A stretch of DNA of 62,118 nt, counting the filler, from Choristocarpus tenellus KU-1152 (taxonomy: Eukaryota; Protista; Phaeophyceae), in assembly GCA_964200185.2 (NCBI GenBank). It is 11 parts of 11 records of this genome, joined end to end, with 100 filler letters (N's around TTAATTAATTAA, not from the genome) between each part and the next. Parts side by side here need not be neighbours in the genome. Positions count along the whole stretch, not along the records: positions 11,620 to 15,975 come from CAXNAD020014946.1; positions 16,076 to 26,570 come from CAXNAD020002895.1; 9 more parts are not named here. The stretch is one strand, 5' to 3'. The notes under the pieces were generated by a model that searched no databases, was not told where the DNA came from, and was given only the letters and a program-made list of their open reading frames with translations. The position numbers and the translations under genes were made by a program. Below are positions 12,166 through 24,096 of the stretch, piece by piece (positions within the stretch are counted from its first letter, which is position 1; each line of letters starts with the position of its first letter).

Positions 12166-14580
12166 CTTCTTTGCTAGCATCAAGCTCAAGGGGGATGGGC
12201 TCACCCGTTGGATGACAGAGAGGGTCGATTCCGGTCCGGAAACCACATTTTTGGGGACTGGTAGCTCTCCCCGTGCTGGGACTGTGGAGGGTTTGGAGAG
12301 GGCAAGGGAGGCGTTACTCAATTGGCCTTCGTTAGACGATGTTCCGTTCGAGCATGTGACATCTCCCGATCAGGTTAGTTGTACACACGCTGTTGTTTGT
12401 TGAAGGGTGGTACTTTCACGAGGTACTTATTCTATGTTGTTATTTTTGTTCAAAAGTACACGTTTGTTGCAGGTTGGGTTTGTGACAAATAATGAACTAC
12501 CTCCTCCAGTTGGCTCGAATAGATTATTTCTAGCGCTGGAGTTTGTTGTGCTTTGTATGCGTGCAAATGAAGGGAGTTGTATTTTTTCAAAGGCGTGTGC
12601 ATTGCACAATGTTCGAATTGCCGTGTTTAAAGAGTGCTCTAGACCTCAATTTTCGGGAGTGTGCAGTTCAGGAGAAGGGGGGTAGCAAGAGGTGAGGCTC
12701 CTGAGTGTGTGCGTATTTAAAACATAAGAGCCGACACTGCCCAATATTTATCAACTCTCTCTGGCTCCAATGCAGCGGTGGGGAGTGAGATAGTACTGGC
12801 GCTTTTTTTTTTCTTCCAGTTTCTCACCTCCGGTCGAAGCGATGTTATTTTTGCCAAAACTTGCTCGATGGGGAAGGGCAAAAAGCACACCGCCCTTGGT
12901 AGGGGCAGTCGCCTCTTGTTTGCAACCTTGTTTTTGGTTCCCCAAACAAGGTTGACGGCAAGAGGCCACTCAAGGTGCTAGGAGCCCCCAATTGTACCAC
13001 TACAATGGTCCAAGATGTCCCCGACAAAGTTGGACTGCTGCTGGGCTCGGGTAGATCTGTAGGGTCCCAGTGTTGGACAAGATTCATAACCTCAACCTGT
13101 TGTGACCCTTGCGTTTTTTGGGGTTTTGGGCACACCCCCTTTTGTTTGTTGAAGCTGTGCCCATGTCTCCAATTGAGTTCTTGGGGTGAACCATCAGGAC
13201 TAAGGTTTGCCTGGGTCGGCTCCTGAACCCGCTCACTGGTCCAAATGTGTTGAGAGACATTTCGTGTTGTAGTCTTTTCTCACCTTCGAAGGCCTCATGG
13301 AACATTCTCATCAATCATGCGTTAACTGGGAATGGTTTGTTACGGGGTGGGTAGCGAGCGTCATGAGGTGATGTTCATTGCCTTTCCCCATCGTGCACTT
13401 TTTTTTTGGTTGAGATGTCTTACGTTGCTCTCGCCCTCCGCCACGGCAAGGCAACCGGACAAGCTCAGAAAAGATTTTGCCTGTTTCAGGCCATTTTTTG
13501 TTTGTATATGTGACCCCCCCTTTCCCCTTCTCCCCCCCTCTCCCCTCTCCCCTCTCCCCCCAGCACATCCTGCCAATGCTGCCCCCCTTCTGTTGAGCCA
13601 TGCCCACTCCAGAGTGTTTAGCCAGTTGCACCGGAAGAGAGTTGACTGTTTGAGTGTTGTGATGTGGCATGCTGAGGAAGTATTACAACTCCTCTGATTC
13701 ACGCATATGTACGAATACTTTTATTGCGTTCCACCGTCAATGTGATACAAAACCCTGTTGTTTTTTGAGGTTAGGGTTAGGGTTAGGGTTAGGGTTAGGG
13801 TTAGGGTTAGATCTGGTAGTTACACCTTTGGTGTGTGCGGGTGAAAATTTGGTTGAATGAATCTGCCAAGTTATGGTTGGTTGTTATTGAAGGTGTGTGT
13901 CTGTCGTTCCCCTCCCCCCCCCCCATGTGCGATAATTGCATGGAAGAGGAAGAAGTAGAAACCCACTAGGAATTGTAGTTTTGCCCGTGGGAGAGTCTGA
14001 GCAGTGAGCGGGAGGCGTGTGCTTGGGAGACTATGGTGTGGTTTTAGCAAGTCTTGTACAGATTGATGTGCCCTTCTCTTTTTCTTTTCACATTTTTTTA
14101 GTCTTTTTTTGCTTAACTCTACAGGGGATGATACAGACCTGACCTGAACAGAAGACTAATGGGTGTATTTTGTTTTCTGTATTAAGCTAATGTGGTACTC
14201 TAATTCTCTACGGTTAATCGGTGCAGGGTGTTTGTTTCATGGTTTTGTTCCTCGAGGTTGTGTATATATATATATAATTTTTTTTTCTACAAGGGGTTTG
14301 TGAAATCTGTTGAACATGTGTGAGGAGTTCAGGAGATAGGAGGTGTACTTGCAATCACTTCTGTGCACTGTTTGGAGGGGCAATATGATGTGAAAGAATG
14401 GAACAGAAAAGAGTCTGTCCGAAACTGTTTCCAACCCCCCCCCCCTGACTGACATTCCAGATGCCAAAGGTGTTGGAGGAGCTTAGTCGTTGCAAGGAGT
14501 TTTCCTTTGATTTGGAGGCGCACAGTGCTCGGACATACCACGGCATCACATGTCTCTTGCAGATATCGACAGTGGAAAAG
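12166..14580 (+). CDS. RRP6/RNase D-like DEDD 3'-5' exonuclease, internal exons (~12166-12373 and 14461-14580)
   Basis: Spliced product ..LDDVPFEHVTSPDQ|MPKVLEELSRCKEFSFDLEAHSARTYHGITCLLQISTVEK matches the RRP6 ExoI region ([25 protein letters not shown]). Phase-0 GT-AG junction. Confidence 0.85.
13771..13810 (+). repeat. Interstitial telomere-like (TTAGGG)n in an intron
   Basis: Six full TTAGGG units plus a partial one; shorter runs at ~7817, ~10985 and 14999-15022. Confidence 0.9.
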
Positions 14581-14998
14581 GTGCTATGCATTGCCTTCTT
14601 CCCCCTTGCGGATGTTTGAATTTGCAATCACAGCTGTGATGTTCCAGGATGCCAACGTGTATTTTATATAAAGGCACGCTATTTGATTAAGAGTCCGCTC
14701 ACGAATCATCGCTGCACCCCTCTATCCTGACGCTGCATTTGCATTTTGGTGTAACTGTCAAGTGTGTGTGTGCTTAGAAGATGTGGTGTAACTGTCACGT
14801 GGCTTGCAGGCTCTCTCTCTCTAGTGGTGTGTTCGCCCACCTCAACATTTCGTTTGTAGCAAAATGGCTTACACCAGTGTTTTTTCACCTTTTTTTAGTT
14901 TTTGTCAGTTGCCTTATTTTTTGTTGTTGTTGTTGTCTCTCTTTGAATCTACTACGTGCTTGTAATGTAATTTCTTTTTGGCGGTGTTTTGGTCGGGG

Positions 14999-15022
14999 TT
15001 AGGGTTAGGGTTAGGGTTAGGG
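14999..15022 (+). repeat. (TTAGGG)4
   Basis: Read directly from the sequence. Confidence 0.9.
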
Positions 15023-16075
15023 TTCTTGGACGTCAGGCGAGCTTCAGAGATGTGAAGTGCTCGAGTAAATATATATGTATATATATATGTATATATCTAT
15101 TGTGTATGATTGTGGTGAATAGAAAAAGTGTTATGCCCTATACTGTGTCTTTTGCTTGCCCAATGAAGGAGAACTGTGTTCTGCTGATTTTCTTTTAATG
15201 TAATTTGGAGTTTCTTCGAAAAGATCAACGGTTGCCTCGGATTTTTGAAACGTTTGTCATGGTTTAAGAGCCGCACTTGATCAAAATGCCACAACTTGGG
15301 AGGTCCCCAATAGCTGGTCGGGAAGCACGACCCCGGTTTTATTACTGTCTGTAAAGGAAGTAAACAGTCCTGGATCTTTATGGAAGATACATGTTTCAAA
15401 TATGTGGATCTGAGTGTAAAATATGTATTTATGAATGCACATCTTTTAGTAGGTAACAATTACATACATACATATTTAAAGATACGGATCTTTGTGGATA
15501 GTTCATACGTATTTTTCTCCTTGGTGCAGTGAATTGGAAAATGCACACACACACACATCAACACGTTCCTCTTTGTTTACAGACTGTTTTTTTTTCTGAT
15601 GTCGGGTACCCTTGACCAGATTGAAGTGTACCTTTCTTTGACCAGAAATATCGTGACCATCTATGGAGTGCTCTGTCCCTGTGTTGACTCCTTCACCCTA
15701 CGTGTCCTGAAGTTTTAGTATTTTTTTTTCCACCATTACGAGGGAGATTTTTTTTTTTTTCTTCTGGTTTTGAACGCAAACAGCCTCCCTCCACAGCCGG
15801 CAATGTGTGTCCCCTTCCAGAGGGTCCTCTCTATTTTTTTATTTTTATGTTTTTTTTGTTGTTCGATTTTAATTTATTGCTCCCGAAATAAAAATAAACG
15901 AGACATCGACGATCGCTGTTACAAGTAATCTAGGGGGGGGGGGGGGGGGGGGTTATTTTTTTTTTTTTTTTTTTTNNNNNNNNNNNNNNNNNNNNNNNNN
16001 NNNNNNNNNNNNNNNNNNNTTAATTAATTAANNNNNNNNNNNNNNNNNNNNNNNNNNNNNNNNNNNNNNNNNNNN

Positions 16076-17770
16076 CGGTGATTCTCTTCGCCACCCTTGC
16101 CTGAGTGAACCACGCCGCCACAGAATCACACGATTCACATAGTGGTACAAATATAAACAAATTGTTTCCATTATTTTGAGGGGTTTCAAACCATATATAC
16201 ATAGCGGATAGTGAAACGTGCGCATATGCCCTGAACTGCCTGAGCGGGTTTAGTTGGAGCTTTGGCGTGGCGAACGTCAGTTGTCATGGCTTTTCTGGTG
16301 TGCCGATTTGTTCACAAAGTCCTTCTTTGTTGCATCAACCACATTTGCGTATCACCTGTGTTGGTTTGTTGCCCTTGTACTACATCCCTGTCCATGATCT
16401 CAGACTTCTCAAGGGTTCGCTATCAGACACACCCACTAGTGTTTTTCCTGTGTACGTTGCCTCCAATTTCCATTCTTAAGCTCCCAAAATATCAATGTAT
16501 TTTGTGACCCTGGGAACAGAAGAACTATCTCTTTTGCATAGTCGTTTTGACACTCTCACACCCAGCCTTCTCAAGGGCATTTTTTTTTGTATAGTGTTTG
16601 GATAATATATTCCAATTTGTAAATCCAATGCAGCGTAGTAGTAGGGGAAACTTGTTCTGGTGACAACAAAGGTTGACGAAGTGGACCTGGTGGAGTATCC
16701 ATGTCACACAACACAGTCAACAATATATCGGGATCTCAAGTACCTGAGCCTTTTGCATTTTCTAATCTTGACCTTAAGTGATATCCCTATGGTTCTTTCA
16801 TATAGCACTTGGCCGTACTTGCGTATGTATTCCGTAACATAGAAAGTCCAACCAGAATTATATTGCACTGCAGTTGTGGATGATCAGATAACTGAGCAGG
16901 TGACACCTGTACCTGGAGGATGGAAGCCCCTATACTATTAACGGAAGCCTCCATACGAATGTGTTATTCCATATGGGGGCACTCTCCAATGCAGCCACAG
17001 CCCCTTGCCAGGAAAAGGGGCTTACTTTTAGATTTGGCTTTGCTGGGTTCAAGCAAATATCCACCTTCATCAGCCAACAACAACTCACTGTTGCTGCAGT
17101 CAAGACCCGAAAGCATAACCATGACGAGGAATCTTTTGGTCCCTGCAATTGTAATTCCAACACTTTCACGGCGGAAAGATCTGGGTGGCTAGACACGCAG
17201 GCAGAGCAAATTCTGGATTAGCTGGCGACTCATATTGTGGGTGGTGGAGGTGGAGGGGCTTAGTCGGAAAAGAGTAGTGAAGGCATGCCTGCGACATATT
17301 GTTTCGGTATCTGCTGAAATAGCCTTCTCCAGACAACAGGTGTGTCCATCATAAGCATTAAATTGAAGACATCGGGTCGGTGCGCTGACTCGTGGGTTTC
17401 TTTTCCCACTTCTCTGTCGCCCTTCATAGTGCTAGTCTAGGACCAGTATCGAAAATAGTTCTTACAGTGTCTTTCTTGTTTTCTTGTTTCCAAATACACA
17501 ACTCTTGTTGGTGGTGCATCCTATGGACTGCTGATGTTACTCTGTTTGTTGTAGTATATTTTTGTTGTTTCTTTGTACAGACCCTTCCTCCTTTTGTTGT
17601 TCTCTTTCTTTTCTAGAAGATAATCTCTGTGAGACGCAATTGGGTGTAATTGTGGAGGTGTCAAAGGTGCAAGTTCTCTGCTCAAGGAGGGGGCAATCAC
17701 AATCACCGGAGTGAACTCTTTCACCTCAGAGGGTGAGACCGAGTTTCGAACGTCTTGGCTCAACATCTCA
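16076..17770 (-). mobile_element. Degenerate copia gag-protease-integrase relic
   Basis: YNC zinc-knuckle relic ~17150, ALESAP (DSGA-like) ~16980, pre-integrase Cys region ~16550, PQLN and WFE integrase relics ~16190-16260. Confidence 0.5.
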
Positions 17771-17914
17771 GAACAGATGAGGAAATCCAGAACAGAACAA
17801 AAATATCAAAACAAAACAGATTTTCCCGAATGACTGAGCAACGTCACAGCAAAGAAATGGATCAGTCAGAATCGGAATGGTTCNNNNNNNNNNCTGTTTG
17901 ATCAAATCCGGATC

Positions 17915-19800
17915 TTATTGGTGTGGTTGGTTTATTGGACTGGTCGGTATGGTTGAGCTCAGATGACGTGGTTGGCGCGCGCAATTGTATATGGCCGCGC
18001 GTCTTATGCACAAGTGTGTGTGTCGGAGATCCCAAAAAAGGAACCTGTCCCTGACATAATAATACACTTGGAAGTACACTGTATTGGCATCTTCCACACT
18101 CGCTAACTCCATGAATGGGAAGAGTCTATACATTTTCACTTTAAATTGTTGACGCGATCCCACAGTAGTAGACTTTTGAACTCTAGTACTCCAATTCCAT
18201 TCTGACAGAGGACAGAATCTAGAAACGCAAAAAAAAAGGCGGAGAAGGGCAGAATCACGCAAGGGGGAAAGACAGAAGGAATTTGTGTTTTGTGGAAGCA
18301 TACAGCATTCGAGATTGTAGGATAGGGAAGTCAGAGGGTATCATAAAATACATATCACATGCGGAAGGGGAATAGTGGAGATAGGATGAGGCATGTATGG
18401 TTGGTGTCCACCAGATATGACGATAGGTGTTCCAACCTGAAGATGGTTACAGTTACCTAGGTTTTGACAATAAGTGAGTGCTATTACTGTAGAGACTTGA
18501 CTCAAAGTATCTGGAGGAGGGGGGGTGTCTACACTAGGGTGTCCATTCGGGCCCTAACTAGGAGAAGTGTACTTACATTGTCCATCCGACGCATGCAACC
18601 AAATTTACCCAAAATCGCGACAGGAAAAATGGGTCCAAATGGACAGTCAGCAGCCCCCCCAGATACTTTGAGTCATTTATTGGATTTTCTTATTTTTGGG
18701 AAGGGTAAAATTTCGACCATCCCACTGCTGAAGAGCCCGTCTTCCTTAGACTGAAGAGTCCGTCTTTCTTAGAGCCGACCTTGGAGATGGGTCAGTTCAT
18801 CCTTTCTAACCCTATTAATGGTGCGAAATATATTTTGGACTGATGTGGCATGTGATACGATACTGGCAATAACTTTGATATTGATGATATGAAACTCAAA
18901 ACATACTTCGATATATTTTTCATTCCAAGGAGTACAGAACGTGTAGATGAAACAGACGCCTACATTATTTTTTTTCCATATGGTTGGTTCAACAGACGAA
19001 AATTCACAACAGGTGGAATATATATATGTCAGCCAGTCATACGTCAGTTGACATGTAAACGCTGTCATGATGATTGCTTGACCGATGTAGGGTTGATAAG
19101 CATTGTGTCCCTGAGAGACTGCCGAATCTCTCATTACATCTAACCACTTCTGTGGGTCCATCCTTCTGCCATTGCTGTAGTGTTCTGCTTGACATTATCG
19201 GAAATGAGGATAGGACGAGTGGTCTAGAATTGTACCTCACTGAACAAGCGATTTCAACAATGTCCAAGGAGAAAACGATACAGAAGAAGGCAACACAGGG
19301 AATAACGAGGAAAGCGATTGTGGAGTTGAGGTATTGAGTGTGACATTTGGCCCAACGCCAAAGCAGGGTCACAAGTTTGGAACTTCTTTCATAAGGTTGT
19401 TGGCAGCCGTTTCGTGCTGAGGGCAAAATGTCTTGTAGAGAGTTCCTCTTCTGATGATGATGAGCACAATCAGCAGTTCAGTACGACTAAGCTGGTTGAG
19501 CAGGTGACCGAGGCATCACAGCAGTAGAGTGATAAGGTGCCATCCTTTAGAGATGGTTATGGGGGAAGTGTCCACAGGAGGGCATGGATAGAGATCGCCA
19601 ATTAGGACAAAATGCAATACCATCTTTACGTATACCGTGAGATCTAATCAGTGCGGTTGTGGACTCAGTGAGGAGCTTGGTAGTCCCCTCAAGTCGTGGA
19701 AGGCAAGGAGGAGGCTTTTGGAGAGTTGATGATGATAAAATATTCCACACTCGACCCGCGGCTTTGGTGCTTTGATGAAAGACGGAGAATAGCTTGGTGT
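17915..19800 (-). mobile_element. Degenerate copia integrase-end / RT / RNase H relic
   Basis: KAPKPRVECGIF (KLxPRxxxCIF), DPQKWLDVMRDS (kWxxAMxxE), RHTHLCIR (RTKHIDIR); interrupted by MITE A at 18499. Confidence 0.55.
18499..18674 (+). mobile_element. MITE family A, full length
   Basis: TIRs GACTCAAAGTATCTGG / CCAGATACTTTGAGTC; flanks ACTT/ATTT (3 of 4 match). Confidence 0.9.
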
Positions 19801-20099
19801 AGATTGCAAAGTTAATATTACAAGGGGCTTGTGGTCTCGATTCCGCTGACTGACTATGTGGGTAAGACTATAGCCTAGACTACCATTATTATTTCTATAG
19901 TGTGGGGTTTTTAATCGTCCACACTATTTTATTATGAATCACTTATTTACTTGTTTTAAGTATAGAAAGTGTCTTGAACATGATACGAAAATCAATCAAC
20001 ACTGTGAGTCAGTACATACAATGTATCTGTCACTGGCTCTGCATCCTAATACATTATCCACCGGCGGTGTTTATGTGTATCAGCAGTACTATCTACGAA

Positions 20100-20252
20100 C
20101 ATATGAAGTTGACACAGAAATATCTTCCTGCACAGACCACTTCAGCAATATCTGAACACCTGTTCTCCTCTGCTGGCAACACACTCACCACCAAGTGCAA
20201 CCATCTTTCTTGGGGTGTAGTTGATGACACTGTAGTGCTGCATTCATGTTGA
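20100..20252 (+). mobile_element. hAT transposase C-terminal dimerisation-domain relic
   Basis: LTQKYLPAQTTSAISEHLFSSAGNTLTTKCNHL..VVDDTVVLH matches the hAT pattern ARKYLxxPATSxxSERxFSxAG...RxxL. Confidence 0.8.
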
Positions 20253-21492
20253 GATGACTTGGATGCTGGGTGAGGGAGGCGTGTGTGGTAGGAAATCATG
20301 GTGATAGAGACAAAAGCAGCAACCTGCGAAATGTCCCAGGTAACTTTGTCGGGAATTAAAAAAAAAAAATCTAGATGGGCTTAGATCAGAGGAGAACACA
20401 TGGTGTGTTATTTTCTCTATGTTTGCTTATTTCCGCCTTCCTGGTGTCCCCCGAGACACTCCTCTCACTGTCATCCCCAAGATAAGATACACAACTTGAG
20501 CATATATGTAGTTTATATTGTGGAACGACACTAATAATACATGCTTTTCATCACACTCTACCGACATCTTTTACTCGCACGATCAGCGATAAGAGGTTAT
20601 TCCTTGCACTTCATGAAGGACTACCTTTTGTGGTGAATGGAGACCAGAGAGGGTGGAATTCCGTCATTTTCACGGCTTTTACCCCTCTGGCAAACTAAAA
20701 TGGTCCCGTCCGCTGGCCAGACTGGTCCCACAATTATTCTTTGTCCCACAACTATTTTTAATGTCTTGGTCCATCTCCACTACGTGTTGCACTAGTCCAT
20801 GTCCGCCAGCCAGACCTGGTCTAGAATCCTCGAAAATGTCCGGGCCATGTCTACGACTGGGTAATTAATTGTGGTCGGCCAGTCTAACTCTTTCTTGAAC
20901 GTCTGGGCCACGGGCGACAGGAAGTCTAACTTTTTTCTGACAAGTCCAGACCATGTTTACTACGTGTTGTACGAATCCATTAAGAGAAATGTGTACACGT
21001 CAAAGGTTCAGTTGTCCTCTAGTACTATTTGGATATAGATAGTACTCTTTATAATGTTCTCCAGACCTTTCAGTTCGAAATAATAAAGAATAAATATCAA
21101 TTTAGACATATGTTGGGGTGCTGTTAGGAGACATATGTGCGTGGATTTTAAATATCTACATGTTTTACCCTTGACGAATGGGTCTCAAAATATAATAATA
21201 GTGTATAGCGTCCAAATATATCTTGAAATCGCGAATTATCTGAGGTACTCAAACACCAAACACAAAACGATGATGAGTTTGCATTCAGCTTTGCAATTCT
21301 ATCAGTCTCCAAAATAGTGAAGAAGTTAAACCAACTGAGATGTAGGGAGGGTTTCGTATTAAGAATCTCGAGAAAAGGTAATAATATGCCATTTGTTCTG
21401 CTCACGAATTCTGGATTTTTATTATTAACTTATTCCTTGTTTGCCATTCCCCCCTATTTTCCATTCCTTTCCTTCCCCATATATTCCCTCTC

Positions 21493-21775
21493 CTGACCAG
21501 CCCATTGCGACTCCTTCGCCACTGGCTTCCTATTTACCTCCCATCAGATGACCAACCAGTGCGAACCCCTTTCGTCATTGATTTCCAGTCAACCCCCCCA
21601 TGAGATGACCAACCAGTGCGAACCATTCGCCCCTGATTTCCAGTCACTCCCTACCTCTGATGACCAACCAGTGCGAACCTCCTTCATCACCGATTTCCAG
21701 TCACCCTCCACATTTGATGACCAACCAGTGCGAACCCCCTACGTCACTGATTTCCAGTCACCCCCACCCACCCTT
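21493..21775 (+). repeat. ~57-bp minisatellite (4 clear units + 1 degenerate)
   Basis: GATGACCAACCAGTGCGAACC...GATTTCCAGTCA starting near 21547, 21604, 21659 and 21716. Confidence 0.9.
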
Positions 21776-22882
21776 CAACCCCACACAAGTTGCCACTCCC
21801 CTCAACCACAGCAGTTCCCACTCCACTCACCCCACACCACTCAACACCACTCCACAATCATCCAACAACACCCCTTCATGATCCACTTCATACCACCGTG
21901 CCTTTGAGCTAGAAGGCATCTAACTTGCCTGAACTTGACCTTTCCCCCCCTTTCCCAGTGTTCCCGTTGGTCGTGAGCAAGCAACAGGGTGGGTGGGCGG
22001 GGGAGAGCTTGCTCGGAGGTTGTCTTGTTCTCGCCCTCCTCGTACTGTACCTCTGGTTCTCAGCCCTCTTATTAAATACTGATCATTCCTTCCCCTTCCC
22101 TCTTCCCACCACTCATTTTTTTTAACCTTTCTCCCCCCTCTCTTAGCCAGTCATTCCTTAACTATTCGTTCTCTTTTTGCTTACTTCTTTTTCTTTCCAC
22201 TACCCTCCCTTGTCCTGTGCCCCCAGCCAACCAGAATTCTTCCGCCCACAAAACTCAGGTTACTTAATAAACTTTCACTCTTGTACAATTGGAGAAAGAG
22301 CAATTAATTGCTGATTTGTGATGTCGCTTCGTGTGTGGAAAGGGAAAATAACAATTTTGCATACACTATTATTGTATCCATAAATATTCACAGATGACTT
22401 GGAATGGAGAAAGGGTCGAAACCTGCCTACCTATCGATTGATTTGACTCAAAATATAAAATAATAAAGAAATATCAATATACGTTTCTTCCTCTGACCCA
22501 AAATATAACCCACATCAGGAAAACCCGAATTATAACCTACAATTTGGTACTAAGAAGTACGTTTGACCAATTGAGGGTGATCACAGCACAAAATAATGAT
22601 TGGCATGTGCTCAACAAATATCGGGGAGCATATGTGGCATTTTTTTTTGTGATTGGAACCGGGGATGCACAGATACCGTCCCCGAGGTATGCCAGCCGTG
22701 GATGCCACATGGAGTACCGCACAGACTGGTGAGTGGTCGCAAGGGGAAATCAGACCGAAAGTCGCGCAACATAGCCCCGCACATTGAGATGCTCAACACG
22801 ATCCCTTTTAAGATACGAACCACGCAGCACTTGATCAGCACCAAGCTCGGATTCTGCACACCTTGCGCCTTCTGCTGCTCGA

Positions 22883-23058
22883 CTTCCACACACGGGCGAT
22901 GCTCCAGCACTTGGTGCCAAACATATCAGCACTTGGTGCCAAACATGTCGGCAACTCGAATCAGTTCGCCGCGGCGGAGAACCCCTTGGTTGCTACCTTT
23001 GAGCAGCTCATCAATCACAGCTCGGCGCTCGTTTTCGTTCAGATTCTTTCTCTTTCAT
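22883..23058 (-). mobile_element. Mariner-type (plant/oomycete-like) transposase N-terminal HTH relic
   Basis: RKNLNENERRAVIDELLKGSNQGVLRRGELIRVADMFGTKCWSIARVWK after removing a 22-bp tandem duplication (22905-22946). Confidence 0.65.
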
Positions 23059-23529
23059 GCCTGAACGTCAGCCCCGGTCGCCGACATCGCTCACAGGTGA
23101 TGTTATGGCCACCAAAATGGGAAATCCCCGATCTGAGGCTGATTTGCTCGTGGTCTTCGTGGGGCTGAGGGTCGCACCACCCACCATAATTTCTGTGCGG
23201 GTTTTTGGTCCAATTGCGCAAAAGCTAACCCTAACTCTAAAAAAAAAGTTTTAGAAATTCGTCAAGGATCATGATTTATACCGGTTTTTGTCCAAATATA
23301 GCTTATTTTTTTGGTCAGAGTAAGTATTTTTTATTACTTACACTAGTAGTATAGGATAAAAAATCACAACCAGAGTGAACGGAAAATAGGGAGGCATTGG
23401 TGACCAGGACGTGTTCAGCCTAAGTGTCAAAAAAATAGTACCAGGACTTTTCATGGAGCCTGGCAGTTAGCATGTCAACTGACTGCCATATGATCATGGT
23501 CCAGTCCGCCCCCCAGCTATGTTGAAACG

Positions 23530-24020
23530 GTCGATGGTCATGGACTTGGTCATGTGTGAACTTGGTTGTAGATGGGTGCTAGAGAGTCAAAAAAATATTA
23601 TCTGGCTGGCATTGGATAAAATGTTTTAACACGGCCATGTTGATTAGTGATGGTCATGGACTTGGCCATTTTCCAACTTGGTGGTACGTGACTGGCTGGT
23701 GGCCCTAATCCTGTTGACTAGCGACAACCATGGACTCGGTTATGTTAGAACATCTCGTTTATGGACAGCCAGGATTTTTTTTTTTCACTTCACCCAGACA
23801 CGTCATGGTTATGAGTCAAACCAACTGTGAGGTAGGCAGCCCCCTTCATGTTAAGTATTGACGGTCGTGGACTTGGTCATGTTCCAACTTGGTTGTACAT
23901 GGATGGCTGGTGTACCTCGTATGTTGAGTAGTGACAGCGATGGACTCGGTCATGTTAGAATATTTGATCTATGGCCACCCAGGTAATATTTTTTTGGTAC
24001 TCAGCCTGGACATATCATAA
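23530..24020. repeat. Degenerate tandem repeat array (~210-bp units with CATGGACTYGGTCATG sub-repeats)
   Basis: Motif recurs at ~23539, 23655, 23729, 23866 and 23939; 23648-23859 aligns with 23860-24020. Confidence 0.7.
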
Positions 24021-24096
24021 TCATCATGCCTACCTATTTTCCATTCACTCTCTATATATTTTCTGTCCTATCTATTCTGTTATTGTAGGTACTAAG

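Noticed and set aside
13771-13810. True chromosome end
   Set aside because: Short, internal, and inside an intron between two in-phase exons.
21547-21775. CRISPR array
   Set aside because: Variable parts are only ~12 bp and related to one another, there are no cas genes, and the context is eukaryotic.
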